Counted from the first letter of the stretch, positions 1-13,126 are shown. The stretch is 64,000 nucleotides of DNA from an uncultured Verrucomicrobiae bacterium (GCA_963706955.1 CAVPOC010000001.1:96001-160000); one strand, 5' to 3'. Numbers and translations: made by a program. Notes: generated by a model from the sequence alone, not told the origin.

Positions 1-1
1 T

Positions 2-151
2 ATTGCTGCTCAATGCCTGCACCAGTCGCCACCGTCGGGCGAGCGCCTCGCGCCCGATTATCCCGCCCCTTTGGTGGACCACGCGCGGGCTCGTGAGAAG
101 GCGCTGGAGCTCTTCGCGAAGAACCGGGAGGCATACGCGCCCCGCGTATGA
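2..151 (+). CDS. C-terminal fragment of a DNA photolyase/cryptochrome family protein (truncated by window edge)
   Basis: Frame 2, absent from the ORF track, reads ...APDYPAPLVDHARAREKALELFAKNREAYAPRV*. This matches the YPxPIVDHxxAR photolyase C-terminal motif. Confidence 0.7.
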   Translation: MAAQCLHQSPPSGERLAPDYPAPLVDHARAREKALELFAKNREAYAPRV

Positions 152-309
152 GGTTCCGGCGTCCTCGCCGGACCTGTCTTTTGAACCCTCAGATCGACCA
201 TGGAAATTGTCTTCGGCCAGCCGCTCCGGCGGCGGCCGGGCAGCTGCCGGACGAGGATTCGCCTCGGCGAATGCGCTACCAAGAGTTAGCGACGCCAGTC
301 TAGCTGTCT

Positions 310-2522
<2,213 letters not shown>

Positions 2523-2639
2523 ATCGAGAGAAGCAAAAGCAAACTGGTTAGCAGGATTTGCATGATGAACAAGAATGGCCGTGCCGTAAATTATCGCTCT
2601 GGAATCCTTCCAATCTTCCTGTAATTGCTAAATAGCTCT

Positions 2640-3590
2640 ATGCCCGTCCAATTTCGCGACTACTACCAGACTTTAGGCATCTCGAAGAGCGCCACGCAGG
2701 ATGAAATTAAGAGCGCCTTTCGAAAGCTCGCGCGCAAATACCATCCTGACACCGCTCAGGACAAGAAATCGGCTGAAGAGAAATTCAAGGAGATAAACGA
2801 AGCCTATGAGGTCTTGAGCGATCCCGAGAAACGGAAAAAATACGACGAATACGGCGCCAACTGGCAGCAGGGCGGCTTTCAGCCTCCGCCTGGGCAAGGC
2901 AATACCTGGGGGGAATTCTCTGGCCGCCCTGGTGACGGCGGAATGGAGTTCCATTTCGGAGGGACGGGATTCAGCGACTTTTTCGAGCAGCTGTTTGGTT
3001 CAAGACGCCAGCGCGGTCGGGGGTTTGGGGAGGAAAGTTTTGGCGAGATTCCGATGCAGGGCCAGGATGCCGAGGCCGATATCCTGGTAGCCCTCGAAGA
3101 GGCACTGCACGGCTCGACGCGGCAGATTTCTTTTCGTCGTGGAGCTTCCGGGAAGGCCCAAACCTACACCGTTAAAATTCCCAAGGGCGTGCGCGAGGGA
3201 CAGCGCATCCGCCTGGCGGGGCTGGGAGAAGAGGGTGGGGGAGGCGGTCACGCCGGTGATTTGTACCTGAGGATCAAACTCGAGAAGCATCCCGACTTCG
3301 AAGTTCAGGATAGCGATCTCTTCTATGATCTCGAAGTTCCGGCTTGGCAGGCGGTCTTGGGTGGTGATGTCGAGATTCCCACCCTTGATGGCCGAGCGAA
3401 ACTCCACCTCCCTCCAGGTGCGCAGAGTGGCCAAAAATTCCGGCTTACTGGGCGGGGTCTTGCCCAGAAGGGAGGCGGACGGGGAAACTTTTATGCGGTT
3501 CTTCGGCCGACGCTACCCCGCGACATCAGCCAGCGGGAGAGAGAGCTTTGGCAAGAAATCGCCTCCCTGGAGCAAAAACATAATCGCTGA
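2640..3590 (+). CDS. DnaJ-class chaperone, CbpA-like (J domain, G/F region and C-terminal domain, no zinc finger)
   Basis: [31 protein letters not shown] and KIPKGV motifs. Confidence 0.92.
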   Translation: MPVQFRDYYQTLGISKSATQDEIKSAFRKLARKYHPDTAQDKKSAEEKFKEINEAYEVLSDPEKRKKYDEYGANWQQGGFQPPPGQGNTWGEFSGRPGDGGMEFHFGGTGFSDFFEQLFGSRRQRGRGFGEESFGEIPMQGQDAEADILVALEEALHGSTRQISFRRGASGKAQTYTVKIPKGVREGQRIRLAGLGEEGGGGGHAGDLYLRIKLEKHPDFEVQDSDLFYDLEVPAWQAVLGGDVEIPTLDGRAKLHLPPGAQSGQKFRLTGRGLAQKGGGRGNFYAVLRPTLPRDISQRERELWQEIASLEQKHNR

Positions 3591-3643
3591 TGTCTCTTGC
3601 AGCATTCCTCGCAATCATCGCCGAAAAGCTCGCTCTTGGCTTG

Positions 3644-3705
3644 TTGTAGCGACGATGTCCTCATCGTCGAAAGGTTCGTTGGCGGCGGGGACGCCGTCGC
3701 GACAA
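3644..3705. repeat. REP-like GTAG inverted-repeat doublet between convergent genes
   Basis: ttgtagcgacgatgtcctc...ggggacgccgtcgcgacaa are imperfect inverted arms, and each arm carries its own hairpin. Confidence 0.45.
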
Positions 3706-3730
3706 TACCGTTGTCCTCTAAGAATCGACT

Positions 3731-5720
3731 CTAGCTGGCGTCTGGCAGGATTTCCTTGGTGAGACGGTCAACTCCCTGTCGTGCGAAGTCACTGGGAGGG
3801 TAGACTTTCTGGGCTTTGAGGTACCACGCGAGGCTCGAGCCCGGCTGTTTTTTCTGTTCCAGTTCCTCGGCCTCCCGAATGGCGTGGACGAAATCGGCGG
3901 CTTTCGTTGTCAGGTTCGCGCGGACCTGGTTTAGCTTGTTGTCATCGGGGAAATTGCGGAATGCTTTTTCCGCGCTTTCCCACGCTCCCGCATAGTCGCC
4001 GCGCTTTTCGATTTCCTGAGCTTGAATGAGCGCTGTTTCGATGACCTGCATGTCTTCGAGGACCTTGCGAAGTTGCTCTTGCTTTTCCGGATACATGGCG
4101 GTCGCGGCGATAAAGCGCATCCTGTCCTCGTAGATTTGCCGGTAATTCTTTTGGCTGACCAGTTGGTCAAAATCAACCATCGCCCGCGATTGCACATCCG
4201 CCTGAGAGAAGATCACTTTGGAGACTTCGGTCAGCGAGGGATTGCGGGGCCATATTTCCGTGGCGGCTTTTAGCTCGGCTTCGAGAGTGTTCTTGTCACC
4301 GCTTACGGCAGCGTTGCGTGCCTTGGCGATGTGCATGGCAGAGATCTGTTTCGCGGTCTCAATGGCTGCCATTGGTTTGGAGGCGTCAAAATCCTTCGCT
4401 GTTTCCCCCAGCTCGGCGACGATCTTTTCGGCGAGGGCGTAGTCCTTGACCTCGATGGCGCTGATTAGTTGATTCGACTTGTGGACGAACGCGAGAGCCT
4501 TGCGTTTGTCTTCCCGGTCAAGCGTGCGCACATCGGGAAGGTACTCTCCGAGCATAAAGGTTTCGGCGAGCCGCTTGGTTGCGCTTTCCAGCTCGTTTTT
4601 CTCAAGCAAAAACCTGAACGCCTGGATGCCTTCACGGACGTCACGCATGATCTCGTTGGCCAAAGAATCGATCGTTCCCATATTTGGAGGAAGGCCGCTC
4701 GTTTTAGCGAAAAGACTTTTTGCATCCTCACCGATGCGCAGCTGGCTGTCGCCATCTGCAAAGATGTTGCGATAGAAGCGCGTGCCGATAACCGCATGCT
4801 GAAAACGCCTCTGCAGGAAGTGCTGCACAATGAGGGACTGGAAGTCGATCTTGACCTGGAGTTCAGCCACTTCACGTTTGAGCTGGTTTGCTCGAATGAG
4901 CGCGTTGACCTCCGCGAGCCGTGTGACGATGGGCTGCATCTGCATGTCGCGACTAAGCTGCTGCTGTTGCTGCTGCGGATTCGGGCCTCCTCCTCCATCT
5001 TTCGACTTGCTCGACCCGCCGCCGCCCTCGAGCTTTGTTCCCTCCGCCGTTATGCGCGCGTTCCATTCGAGGCGCTTTCGTTCGTCCTCGAGACTCTTGC
5101 TGGCGGCGTTTAGGCGGTCATTACTCTTGCGGGCCAACCACGCGGAGTAGACCTGGCTCGCGATGGAATCGCAAAGATGTGCGTCCTGTTCAAATCGCGA
5201 GGCCTTTGCCAAAAACTGGAAGGCCTGATCGGTCGACTGAGGGGTCACCTTGCCAGGCGCAAGCTTGTCCATGATTTGAGCAAGCAGAGCCTGATATTCG
5301 CTATCGGATTCGGTGGTGGCTGCCGGCGCGTTCAGATATTTCTCAAAACGAGCCTGGAAGAGTGCATTATTGTTAATGCTCCAGTTCTTGCCATCCCAGC
5401 TGGCGATGTTGCTCCCCGGGTCGAAGAACGGAACGTCTTTGCCCAGAAAATTCGAACCACCACCGGGCGCGGCCGATTGCGATTGTCCACCCGACCCCTG
5501 CGCCGGAGCACCGCCGCCCTGTGCTGGCGCTGGTTTCGATGGAACTGCCAGTGTGGGTTGGAGGACGTTTTGGACCGGCTGCTGAGGAGCAGCTTGCTGC
5601 TGGGGGGCAGCTTGTTGCCGCGGGGCCTGTTGTGGAGGGGCAGAAGGTTCCGTCCGGTGGATTTTCCTGGGCAGCCACCAGCGCTGCGGAGCTTAACAAA
5701 GCAGAGAGAACGCGTTTCAT
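3731..5720 (-). CDS. Large secreted alpha-helical (TPR-like) hypothetical protein (frameshift near 5655)
   Basis: Signal peptide MKRVLSALLSSAALVAAQE, then a P/Q linker and a continuous frame through GKDVPFFDPGS...FQARFEKYLN into ORF 3731..5272. Confidence 0.7.
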
Positions 5721-6115
5721 GATTTCGTCATGTCTTTGGTGCGCAATATACCTTTGTCATCGACCTCCAGCAGAAAAATAAATCGTTGGCCCCTTTGGAT
5801 GTTGATGTGGCTGAAATCCGTGGTGACCAACACGGGGACGACTTGACTGCCATTGTCCACACCGACGGCGATTAAGCGGCCTTTGGTTGGCGACCATCCC
5901 AGGGAATTCAGCACCTCGCCCTGCAGCCTATAGACATTTCCTCGCAAGCTATTGGCGTTCTCCAAGTACGTCGCCACATCCAGCGGCGTGGCCGTCCGAA
6001 ACGGTTGCGAGCTCGTCGTGATAAAGAAGCGGGAGCCAAGAAATGCCGCCACGATCAGAACAATGGCCACGACGATTCCCAAGGGGAGTCGGGATTTCTT
6101 ACTGCGCCGCGCCAC
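5717..6115 (-). CDS. Membrane-anchored hypothetical protein with a probable OB-fold-like beta domain
   Basis: N-terminal TM helix followed by a beta-rich domain. Its stop overlaps the start of the downstream gene. Confidence 0.65.
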   Translation of the reverse strand: MARRSKKSRLPLGIVVAIVLIVAAFLGSRFFITTSSQPFRTATPLDVATYLENANSLRGNVYRLQGEVLNSLGWSPTKGRLIAVGVDNGSQVVPVLVTTDFSHINIQRGQRFIFLLEVDDKGILRTKDMTKS

Positions 6116-6179
6116 GCTCCTGATTACCTTTTCCTTAGGCCTAACATCAACCGGAAACTATAAGCGAGTTTTGGCGTTG

Positions 6180-6557
6180 CTAAAACGGCGCGTCGCTTCC
6201 CGGGCCCACAACTTCGTAAGCCAAGTCTTGGAAGTAGCGTCGGACACGTTCCGCTTGATCGCCTTGAATCTCGATCTCTCTCCCGCGAACGGCACCCCCG
6301 CAAGCAAGATGGCGGCGGACGCCGCGCGCCAACTCCTCGAGTTCGAAAATTGAAAGATGCGGCGGCAGTTGGCTGACCACGATCACGGTCTTCCCTCCGC
6401 GCTGGGCCCGTTCTCGCCTCAAGACAATCCGAAATTTTTTCTTTGCACTTAAGGGAGCCGAATCTGCCGGAACCTCCGGCAAACCGACGCTGCTAAGAGT
6501 AGAAAACGGGGATTGCAGAGGCTGCTGCGGCGCTGAGATGGGGATCTTCTTGCTCAT
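6180..6557 (-). CDS. yciH: SUI1/YciH family translation initiation factor
   Basis: RRERAQRGGKTV, LACGGAV and IEIQGD motifs. Confidence 0.88.
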   Translation of the reverse strand: MSKKIPISAPQQPLQSPFSTLSSVGLPEVPADSAPLSAKKKFRIVLRRERAQRGGKTVIVVSQLPPHLSIFELEELARGVRRHLACGGAVRGREIEIQGDQAERVRRYFQDLAYEVVGPGSDAPF

Positions 6558-6592
6558 CGGCTCTGAGTCTCAGCACTAGTTTGGCACGGCTC

Positions 6593-8424
6593 TTAGGACC
6601 GTTCAGCTGCAGGGGCCACCCGCGCGGCGGCACGTTTGCGCGCCGTCGCATCGAGAATCTTCTTTCGCAGGCGCAACGACTTTGGGGTGGCCTCCACGTA
6701 TTCGTCGGGCGCAATGAATTCGATCGATCGCTCCAGGCTCATGATTACAGGGGGCGCCAGCGAGATGCCTTTGCCATCACCCTGGCTTCGCATATTGGTT
6801 AGTTTTTTCGCCTTGCAGGGATTCACCGGCATGTCGTCGGGGCGAGAATTTTCGCCGACGATCATTCCCTCATAAATCTCCTCCTGGGGGCCTATGAAGA
6901 GTCTGCCGCGCTCCTGAATGGAGTCGAGGGCGTAAGCCATGCTGATCCCGGCTTCCATTGAAACGAGCACGCCCCTGCCTCGACTCGGGATCTCACCCCT
7001 GTAGGGCGCCATATTCCTTGAAGAGATGGCTGGCGATGCCATGCCCTTTGGTGAGGTTCACAAGATCAGTTTCGAAGCCGATCAGTCCACGCGTCGGGAT
7101 GATCGCTTCCACAAGCACGGTATGGGGATTGTGTTGCATGGCAGCAATCTCAGCCTTCCGGCTGGCCAGCGATTGAAGAATGTCGCCCAAATTCTCGGCA
7201 GGCACGTCAACATAGACGGTCTCGAGGGGCTCCAGGAGAGAGCCATCCTCGGCGTGTTCGTAGATCACCTCTGGACGTGAGACGAGAATCTCAAATCCTT
7301 CCCGTCGCATTTGTTCTACCAGAATGGCTATCTGCATCTCGCCGCGGGCCTTCACCTCGAAATGGCCGGCCGTTTCGGTCTCCGTAACCTGCAAGGAAAC
7401 GTTCGTGCGTGTTTCCCGAACGAGACGATCTTTAATCTGGCGCGCGGTGAGGAGCTTTCCCTCGCGCCCCGCGAGCGGCGAATCATTGACGCAGAGCCTC
7501 ATGGTTATCGTCGGCGGATCGATATGGATGAAGGGAAGCGCCTCGCGGTCTTCGGAATCGGTGATTGTCTCGCCAATAAAGACGTTCTCGAAACCGGAGA
7601 TTCCCACGATGTCGCCTTCGCTCGCGCTCTCGACTTGAACCTTGTCAAGTCCTTCATGGCTGAAGACCGCCGTGACATTCGCCCGCGTCTTCTTCCCGCT
7701 TGTGTGAAAGCAAACGACGCTTTGCCCGACCGCCACGCGACCGCTGACGATTCGCCCATAGGCGATCCGGCCGAGGTAATCGCTATAGTCGAGATTGGAC
7801 ACGAGGAATTGCAGATAGTCGACATCGGACTTCTTCGGCGGCCGGAATGTGCCAGGCGATGGCCTCATAGAGCGGAAGCATTGTCTGGCTGGGATCGACC
7901 AGCTCCCGCTTCGCAAAGCCCTGCTTCGCACTTGCGTAAATATGCGGAAAGTCGAGCTGCTCATCCGTCGCATTGAGCTCGAGAAACAGCTCGAAGACCA
8001 TGTCGAGCACTTTGTGCGGGCGGGCATTCTCCCGGTCGATCTTGTTGATCACGACCACTGGCTTCAGGCCGTTTTCCATGGCTTTCCGCAAAACAAACTT
8101 CGTTTGCGCCTGCGGTCCGTCGTGAGCATCCACGACCAGAAGGACGCCATTAACCATCTTCATGATCCGCTCGACCTCCCCTCCAAAATCAGCGTGTCCG
8201 GGAGTATCGACGATATTCACATGATAACCGTTCCAGCGAAAAGCCGCGTTTTTTGCGCGAATGGTTATGCCCTTTTCTCTTTCGAGATCCATGGAATCCA
8301 TCACCCGCTCGTCAACCTTCTGGTTTGCGCGAAATGTCCCCGACTGCTTGAGCAGTTGGTCCACGAGTGTCGTCTTGCCGTGGTCCACGTGCGCAATGAT
8401 GGCTATGTTACGAATGTTCTCCAT
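6593..8424 (-). CDS. typA: Translational GTPase TypA/BipA (two frameshifts, near 7840 and 7010)
   Basis: [59 protein letters not shown] and TPKSLRLRK across three ORFs. Confidence 0.95.
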
Positions 8425-8490
8425 GTGCTCCGCTCGGCGAGGCCGTGAACTATGGGTGCGGTCCCCCGCGGTGTCAACAGGAGCGCCGCA

Positions 8491-8904
8491 TCAAGCTTCC
8501 ACGAGCACTTCCGAACTGGCGATCGCTTCAATCAAGAGCCACGCGCCCGGGCGGAACCACCGGAACTCTCCGGAGGAAAGAACGACATCTTCGCCGCCGC
8601 CATCGGCGGTGATCCAAACGCTGCCGGCCCCACAGGTGATTCTGCCCCCCTTCGGAAGATGCGCGCTCTCCACCATCCCTTTTCGAAGCTGATGCAAACC
8701 GTTGACCAAGGTCGACTCGGTGTTCCTCCGCGCCACGCTCCGAGCCAACCGAATCGCCCGCTGCATCAACCCTTCGCCAGGGATCACGGTTGGTGAGAGT
8801 TTGGGAGTGCGAGTAAGTTCGGCGATGGCCGCGGAAACGCCGCTCCTTCCCTTGGCGCCGGATGCCAATGTCTGCCGCCCATCGTTGAAAACAGCTTCGG
8901 TCAT
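8491..8904 (-). CDS. DUF2917 family cupin-like protein
   Basis: ITCGAGSVWITADGGGEDVVLSSGE pattern. It is divergent from a MocR regulator, the usual context for this family. Confidence 0.7.
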   Translation of the reverse strand: MTEAVFNDGRQTLASGAKGRSGVSAAIAELTRTPKLSPTVIPGEGLMQRAIRLARSVARRNTESTLVNGLHQLRKGMVESAHLPKGGRITCGAGSVWITADGGGEDVVLSSGEFRWFRPGAWLLIEAIASSEVLVEA

Positions 8905-8933
8905 AAAGTGGATTTTCGCACCAGTTCGCAGAA

Positions 8934-9018
8934 ATAACAGATTCAGAGAATCAAATTTATATCCTGTACAGATGTGCTGAACGCCGCATCTGTTATGTCT
9001 CAAAGAAGTCGCATCTGT
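8934..9018. promoter_or_regulatory. Putative MocR operator array (ACAGAT/ATCTGT repeats)
   Basis: ACAGAT at 8937 and 8968; ATCTGT at 8988 and 9013; ATAACAGAT/ATCTGTTAT inverted pair. Confidence 0.55.
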
Positions 9019-9061
9019 GTATAGCCGCGCTCGAGCAGCTGTGTTATTCTGTGCAGTGAGA

Positions 9062-10483
9062 ATGTTAGAGGAAAAGCCACTGTACTTGCAGGTAGCCGAC
9101 AATGTCGCCGACCTGATCACCATGGGCAGCCTGAGGGCTGGAGATCGCGTTCCGTCGGTCCGGCGCTTGAGCGGTCAGCAGAACGTCAGCATTCCCACCG
9201 TGTTGCAGGCTTATATGGTTTTGGAAAATCGACGCATGATCGAGGCGCGGCCCAAATCGGGCTTCTTCGTCAAGCCAAGGCTTTCCGACGCGCTGGCCGA
9301 ACCCGTTGCATCGGCACGGACGTCGAAGGTGCCCTGGGCCGATTTTCACCCCTCCATTCCAATTGTTCGTGATCTGGTCAATCCCGACTTGGTGCCCCTT
9401 GGCGGAGCGATTCCCAGCCCGGAATTACTCCCCGGCGCGAAGCTCGCCCGTATCGTCGGGAAGCTGGCCCGAGAGCAGACCGCGGAAACGATCAACTACG
9501 ATCCGGTGCCAGGCTGCCTTAAACTGCGCCGTGAGATTAGCCGGCGCTCGTTGGATTGGGGCTGCCACTTGAGCAGCGAAGAACTGTTGATCGTCAATGG
9601 CGCGACCGAGGGCGTCCATCTTGCCTTGCGAGCGATCACCAAGCCGGGCGATACAGTTCTCATCGAGTCACCGACCTATTATGGTCTCGTTCACATCCTC
9701 AATCAGATCGGACTGAAAGCGGTCGCCGTGCCAGCTTCGGCCCGCGAGGGGTTGAGTATCGAGGAAACCGAGCGTGCGCTCAGCCGAAATAAGGTTGCCG
9801 CCATGACTTTGATTCCGAGCTTTAACAACCCGCTGGGGAGTTTGATGCCCGAGGAGAATCGCCTCGCTCTTTTACACCTCGCCAAGCGACACGGGGTTCC
9901 GATCATCGAAGACGACATCTACGGAGACCTTCAGCATGACGGCACCCGGCCGCGTTGTCTCAAGGCTCTCGACAAGGACAATCTGGTGATCCTTTGCGGC
10001 TCCTTTTCTAAGACGCTCGCTCCAGGCTATCGCATCGGCTACATCTCGCCGGGCCGCTTTTACGACAAGGTGGTCGAGCTCAAAATCGCCACGAATTGGG
10101 GAGGCGCCGCGCTGCCCGCCTTGGCAGTGGCCGAATTTCTCCGTAATGGCGGATACGATAACCATCTCCGCAGAATTCGTCGGACCTATCGAGAGCAGGT
10201 CCAGAAGATGCGCGAGGCGATCGCGACAGGATTTCCCAAGCCACTCCGAATCAGTAACCCGCAAGGCGGCTTTGTGCTCTGGGTCGAGCTCCCTGCCACC
10301 ATCGATGCCATGCAACTCTGCGCGGAGGCTCGCAAGGTCGGGATCAGCATCGCACCAGGCCCGATCTTCTCGCCGGTCGGCGACTTCCGCAATTACATCC
10401 GCCTGAGCTGCGGCTTTCCCTGGACCAGCAAAATCGAACGCGCCATCGGTGTCCTGGGGCGCCTGGCTGCGCGGCTGGCTTGA
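9062..10483 (+). CDS. MocR/GntR family regulator with PLP aminotransferase domain
   Basis: wHTH PLYLQVA...PSVRRLS...VLQAY; EDDIYG, SFSKTLAPGYRIG, GGFVLW and IRLSCG. Confidence 0.93.
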   Translation: MLEEKPLYLQVADNVADLITMGSLRAGDRVPSVRRLSGQQNVSIPTVLQAYMVLENRRMIEARPKSGFFVKPRLSDALAEPVASARTSKVPWADFHPSIPIVRDLVNPDLVPLGGAIPSPELLPGAKLARIVGKLAREQTAETINYDPVPGCLKLRREISRRSLDWGCHLSSEELLIVNGATEGVHLALRAITKPGDTVLIESPTYYGLVHILNQIGLKAVAVPASAREGLSIEETERALSRNKVAAMTLIPSFNNPLGSLMPEENRLALLHLAKRHGVPIIEDDIYGDLQHDGTRPRCLKALDKDNLVILCGSFSKTLAPGYRIGYISPGRFYDKVVELKIATNWGGAALPALAVAEFLRNGGYDNHLRRIRRTYREQVQKMREAIATGFPKPLRISNPQGGFVLWVELPATIDAMQLCAEARKVGISIAPGPIFSPVGDFRNYIRLSCGFPWTSKIERAIGVLGRLAARLA

Positions 10484-10941
10484 TCCTCGATCTCCACGTC
10501 GTCGCGGGGGTAATCTGGAGCAGCGATCTCCTCATCGTCGAAGGCCCTTGAAGCGTGATCGTCCTCACGGTCGCGGGCGGCCGGCGGGGGGCCCACCACC
10601 TCGGTGCGCCAGGCGGGGACACGCCGCGACATTGTTCTGATACCGCCGAGCAGTTTCTCCGTGAATATGAACAGCGTTCATGTTTTCGATGAAGGGATGA
10701 TGTGGCGTTTCCAAGCGAGCGCGGGATGTCTATGCGTCCGCCTTGGGTTTCGTGTGTTCGACTGGATGTGGATAATTGCTCACTGAACTGTGTATCTTTG
10801 CACAGAAATCGCCTCTCGTCGGATCCCCACTCCCAAAGCTTCACAAATCTCAGCGTCCCGGCAGACCAATCACGGTCTTTGCAAATCATGAATTACGTTC
10901 ATCGAAGTGTTATCGAGTGGGAGAGCGGCTGGGTCTCTAAT

Positions 10942-11910
10942 TCAACGCATCGGCGCAGAGGGATGTCGATGGAAGGCCGCTCTGATTGCCGGTTCAGCTC
11001 CGGAGCGTCGGCCGAGATTGGCAACCGCCATACGGCAGAGGCCGATAAACGTTTGCTCTGGCTTCCGAAGTTCACGATTGCCTTGGTGAATGACCGCCCA
11101 TTGCCGCACGATTTTGGAACGTGGTGTCGGCCGCATGATCAGCGAACCTTCGGAGAGTTCCTTCTCGGCCACCCAGGGTGCCATCAGCGCGACGCCAAGC
11201 CCAAGCTTTGCCAGTTGCTTCATGATCTCGAAACTCGGAATTTCAACGTAAGAGGAGAGTCCCACGCCGCTGCGGAGAAAGAAATCCTCCGCCCTTCGAA
11301 AGGTGATACTCTTGCGGTGGTAAAGCAGAAAGTGCTCCTTCGTCAGATCCGTCGTCGTGACCGCGTCCTTCTCCGCCCACGGATGCAATGGAGAGAACAG
11401 GAGATAGAGACGGTCGCGGAAAAGCGGGTGCGCCTTGAGCCCTGCGGGCAGCTTGTCCTCAACAACCACGGCGAGGTCTGCCCGCCCCTCTTCAATTTTG
11501 CTGACCGCCGTTGGGCTGTCTTCAAGACCGACAATAATTGAGACCGTTGGATACGATTCTCGGAACTCCCTCAAAATCGGTGCGAGGACGATCTGCGCCA
11601 TGGCAGTGCTGAAAATTACCGTTAGCTTCGCATGGAACTCCCTGCGGCTGGAGACTGACTCGGTCGCGCGATCGAGGCTGTCGAGAATGCGAAGAACCTG
11701 TCCGAGAAAATGCCGCCCCTCCGGGGTAAGGTGGGTAGTTTTGCCTTTCTTGTAGACCAGGCTGCAACCGAGTTGTTCTTCCAGTCGCCGCATGCCGTGG
11801 CTGATCGCAGATTGCGTTAGGTTGAGCAGAGCTGCCGTTCTGGTGAAACTCCCTACCTGGGCGAGAGTAGCAAAGACCCGCAGCAAGCGAAGGTCGATTT
11901 CTGCCGCCAT
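10942..11910 (-). CDS. LysR family transcriptional regulator
   Basis: LRVFATLAQVGSFTRTAALLNLTQSAISHGMRRLEEQLG HTH plus a substrate-binding domain. Confidence 0.93.
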   Translation of the reverse strand: MAAEIDLRLLRVFATLAQVGSFTRTAALLNLTQSAISHGMRRLEEQLGCSLVYKKGKTTHLTPEGRHFLGQVLRILDSLDRATESVSSRREFHAKLTVIFSTAMAQIVLAPILREFRESYPTVSIIVGLEDSPTAVSKIEEGRADLAVVVEDKLPAGLKAHPLFRDRLYLLFSPLHPWAEKDAVTTTDLTKEHFLLYHRKSITFRRAEDFFLRSGVGLSSYVEIPSFEIMKQLAKLGLGVALMAPWVAEKELSEGSLIMRPTPRSKIVRQWAVIHQGNRELRKPEQTFIGLCRMAVANLGRRSGAEPAIRAAFHRHPSAPMR

Positions 11911-11912
11911 AC

Positions 11913-11927
11913 ATGCACTCTATTCAT
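11913..11927. promoter_or_regulatory. Putative LysR T-N11-A recognition site
   Basis: ATGCA-CTCTA-TTCAT dyad immediately upstream of the lysR start, in the divergent intergenic region. Confidence 0.45.
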
Positions 11928-12004
11928 CATTATCCTGAAAAACAATCACTGTGTTCATGGGAAATTTCCGTGCATCGCGCGCTCTGGCGGACTACCTCAT
12001 CGCG

Positions 12005-13084
12005 ATGGCATCACGAGGTCGATCGGCACGCAGGTCACCAGGCCGATTGGTCGGAGCCTTCCGGCTTGGTTACGTCCCGCTGGTTGACGCCGCGCCCTTG
12101 CTGGTGGCGGAAGCGCTAGGTCTCTTTGCCGATCGAGGCCTGACCGTAGAGCTGAGTGCCGAGCTCGGCTGGGGATCGATTCGCGAAAAACTGGTCTACG
12201 GCGAGTTGGACGTCGCTCATGCTCCGGGTCCCCTTGTCTTTTCGATCCTCTTGGGCACGGATTCGAAGGCGTGCCCGGTGAGCACCGACTTTGTGCTCAG
12301 CTTGCAGGGCAACGCGATAACATTATCACGCCGTTTCTGGGACCGTGGCGTTCGCGACGTCCCTACTTTTCAAGCAATGGTGCGAAACGAAGCACCTCAC
12401 AAACCGGCTTTTGCCGTGGTGGCACGTTTTTCGAGTCATCATTTCTTGTTGCGCAGGTGGTTACGGAGCACGGGCCTAGACCCAGATCGCGATGTCCGTA
12501 TGGTCGTTTTGCCGCCGCCCCTGGTTGCCGAGCATCTAAAGGAGGGGCAGATCGACGGGTTCTGTGCGGGCGAGCCGTGGAACTCTGCGGCGGCGCTTTC
12601 CGGAGAGGGTTGGGTGGTTGCAACGAGCCTTTCACTCGCTCCGCGGCATCCTGAGAAGGTCCTGCTCGTCCGCGACGAACTGATTTTTCGTCAGCCGGAA
12701 GCCTATGGCATCTTGCGAACGGCGATGACGGAAGCCTGTCGTTTCTGTGATCAAAGTGAGAACCGCCGGAGTGTGGCGGACATTCTTCACGAGGCACGCA
12801 TCTTTCCTGTCTCGAAAGAAGTTCTGATGAACTCGCTCGTCGGACCGTTCCACACGGGTGTTGCCGATTTGGGTTCGGCAGAGCCATTTCTCGTCTTTTA
12901 TAGGGATGGCGCGAACGAAGCGACGGAGGAGCGTGCCAAATGGTGCCTGGAGGCCGTCTTGGAGACCGGCGCCTTAAAGGCCGACAGTCGAACTCGTAAA
13001 CTTTGCCTGGAGGCATTCCTCGACAAGCGCGAGCGGAGCCTTCCGCCGTCCGCGCGGACTACCCCGCATTCGACTGCTAAGTAA
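12005..13084 (+). CDS. NasS-like cytoplasmic nitrate/nitrite sensor (NrtA/CmpA fold)
   Basis: GYVPLVDAAPL, WGSIRE, QGNAITLS, DGFCAGEPW and HPEKVL motifs. No signal peptide; sits upstream of the nitrate operon. Confidence 0.8.
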   Translation: MASRGRSARRSPGRLVGAFRLGYVPLVDAAPLLVAEALGLFADRGLTVELSAELGWGSIREKLVYGELDVAHAPGPLVFSILLGTDSKACPVSTDFVLSLQGNAITLSRRFWDRGVRDVPTFQAMVRNEAPHKPAFAVVARFSSHHFLLRRWLRSTGLDPDRDVRMVVLPPPLVAEHLKEGQIDGFCAGEPWNSAAALSGEGWVVATSLSLAPRHPEKVLLVRDELIFRQPEAYGILRTAMTEACRFCDQSENRRSVADILHEARIFPVSKEVLMNSLVGPFHTGVADLGSAEPFLVFYRDGANEATEERAKWCLEAVLETGALKADSRTRKLCLEAFLDKRERSLPPSARTTPHSTAK

Positions 13085-13110
13085 TCTAAAGTCTCAGGTT
13101 GGCGAGAAAA

Positions 13111-13126
13111 AGGCACGAAACGTGCT
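13111..13126 (+). promoter_or_regulatory. Putative sigma54 (-24/-12) promoter of the nrt/nitrate operon
   Basis: aGGCACGAAACGTGCt has exact GG-N10-GC spacing with a GGCACG core. Confidence 0.55.

Noticed and set aside
6580..6597. TTGGCACG sigma54-like element
   Set aside because: It lacks the -12 GC and points antisense into the typA end.
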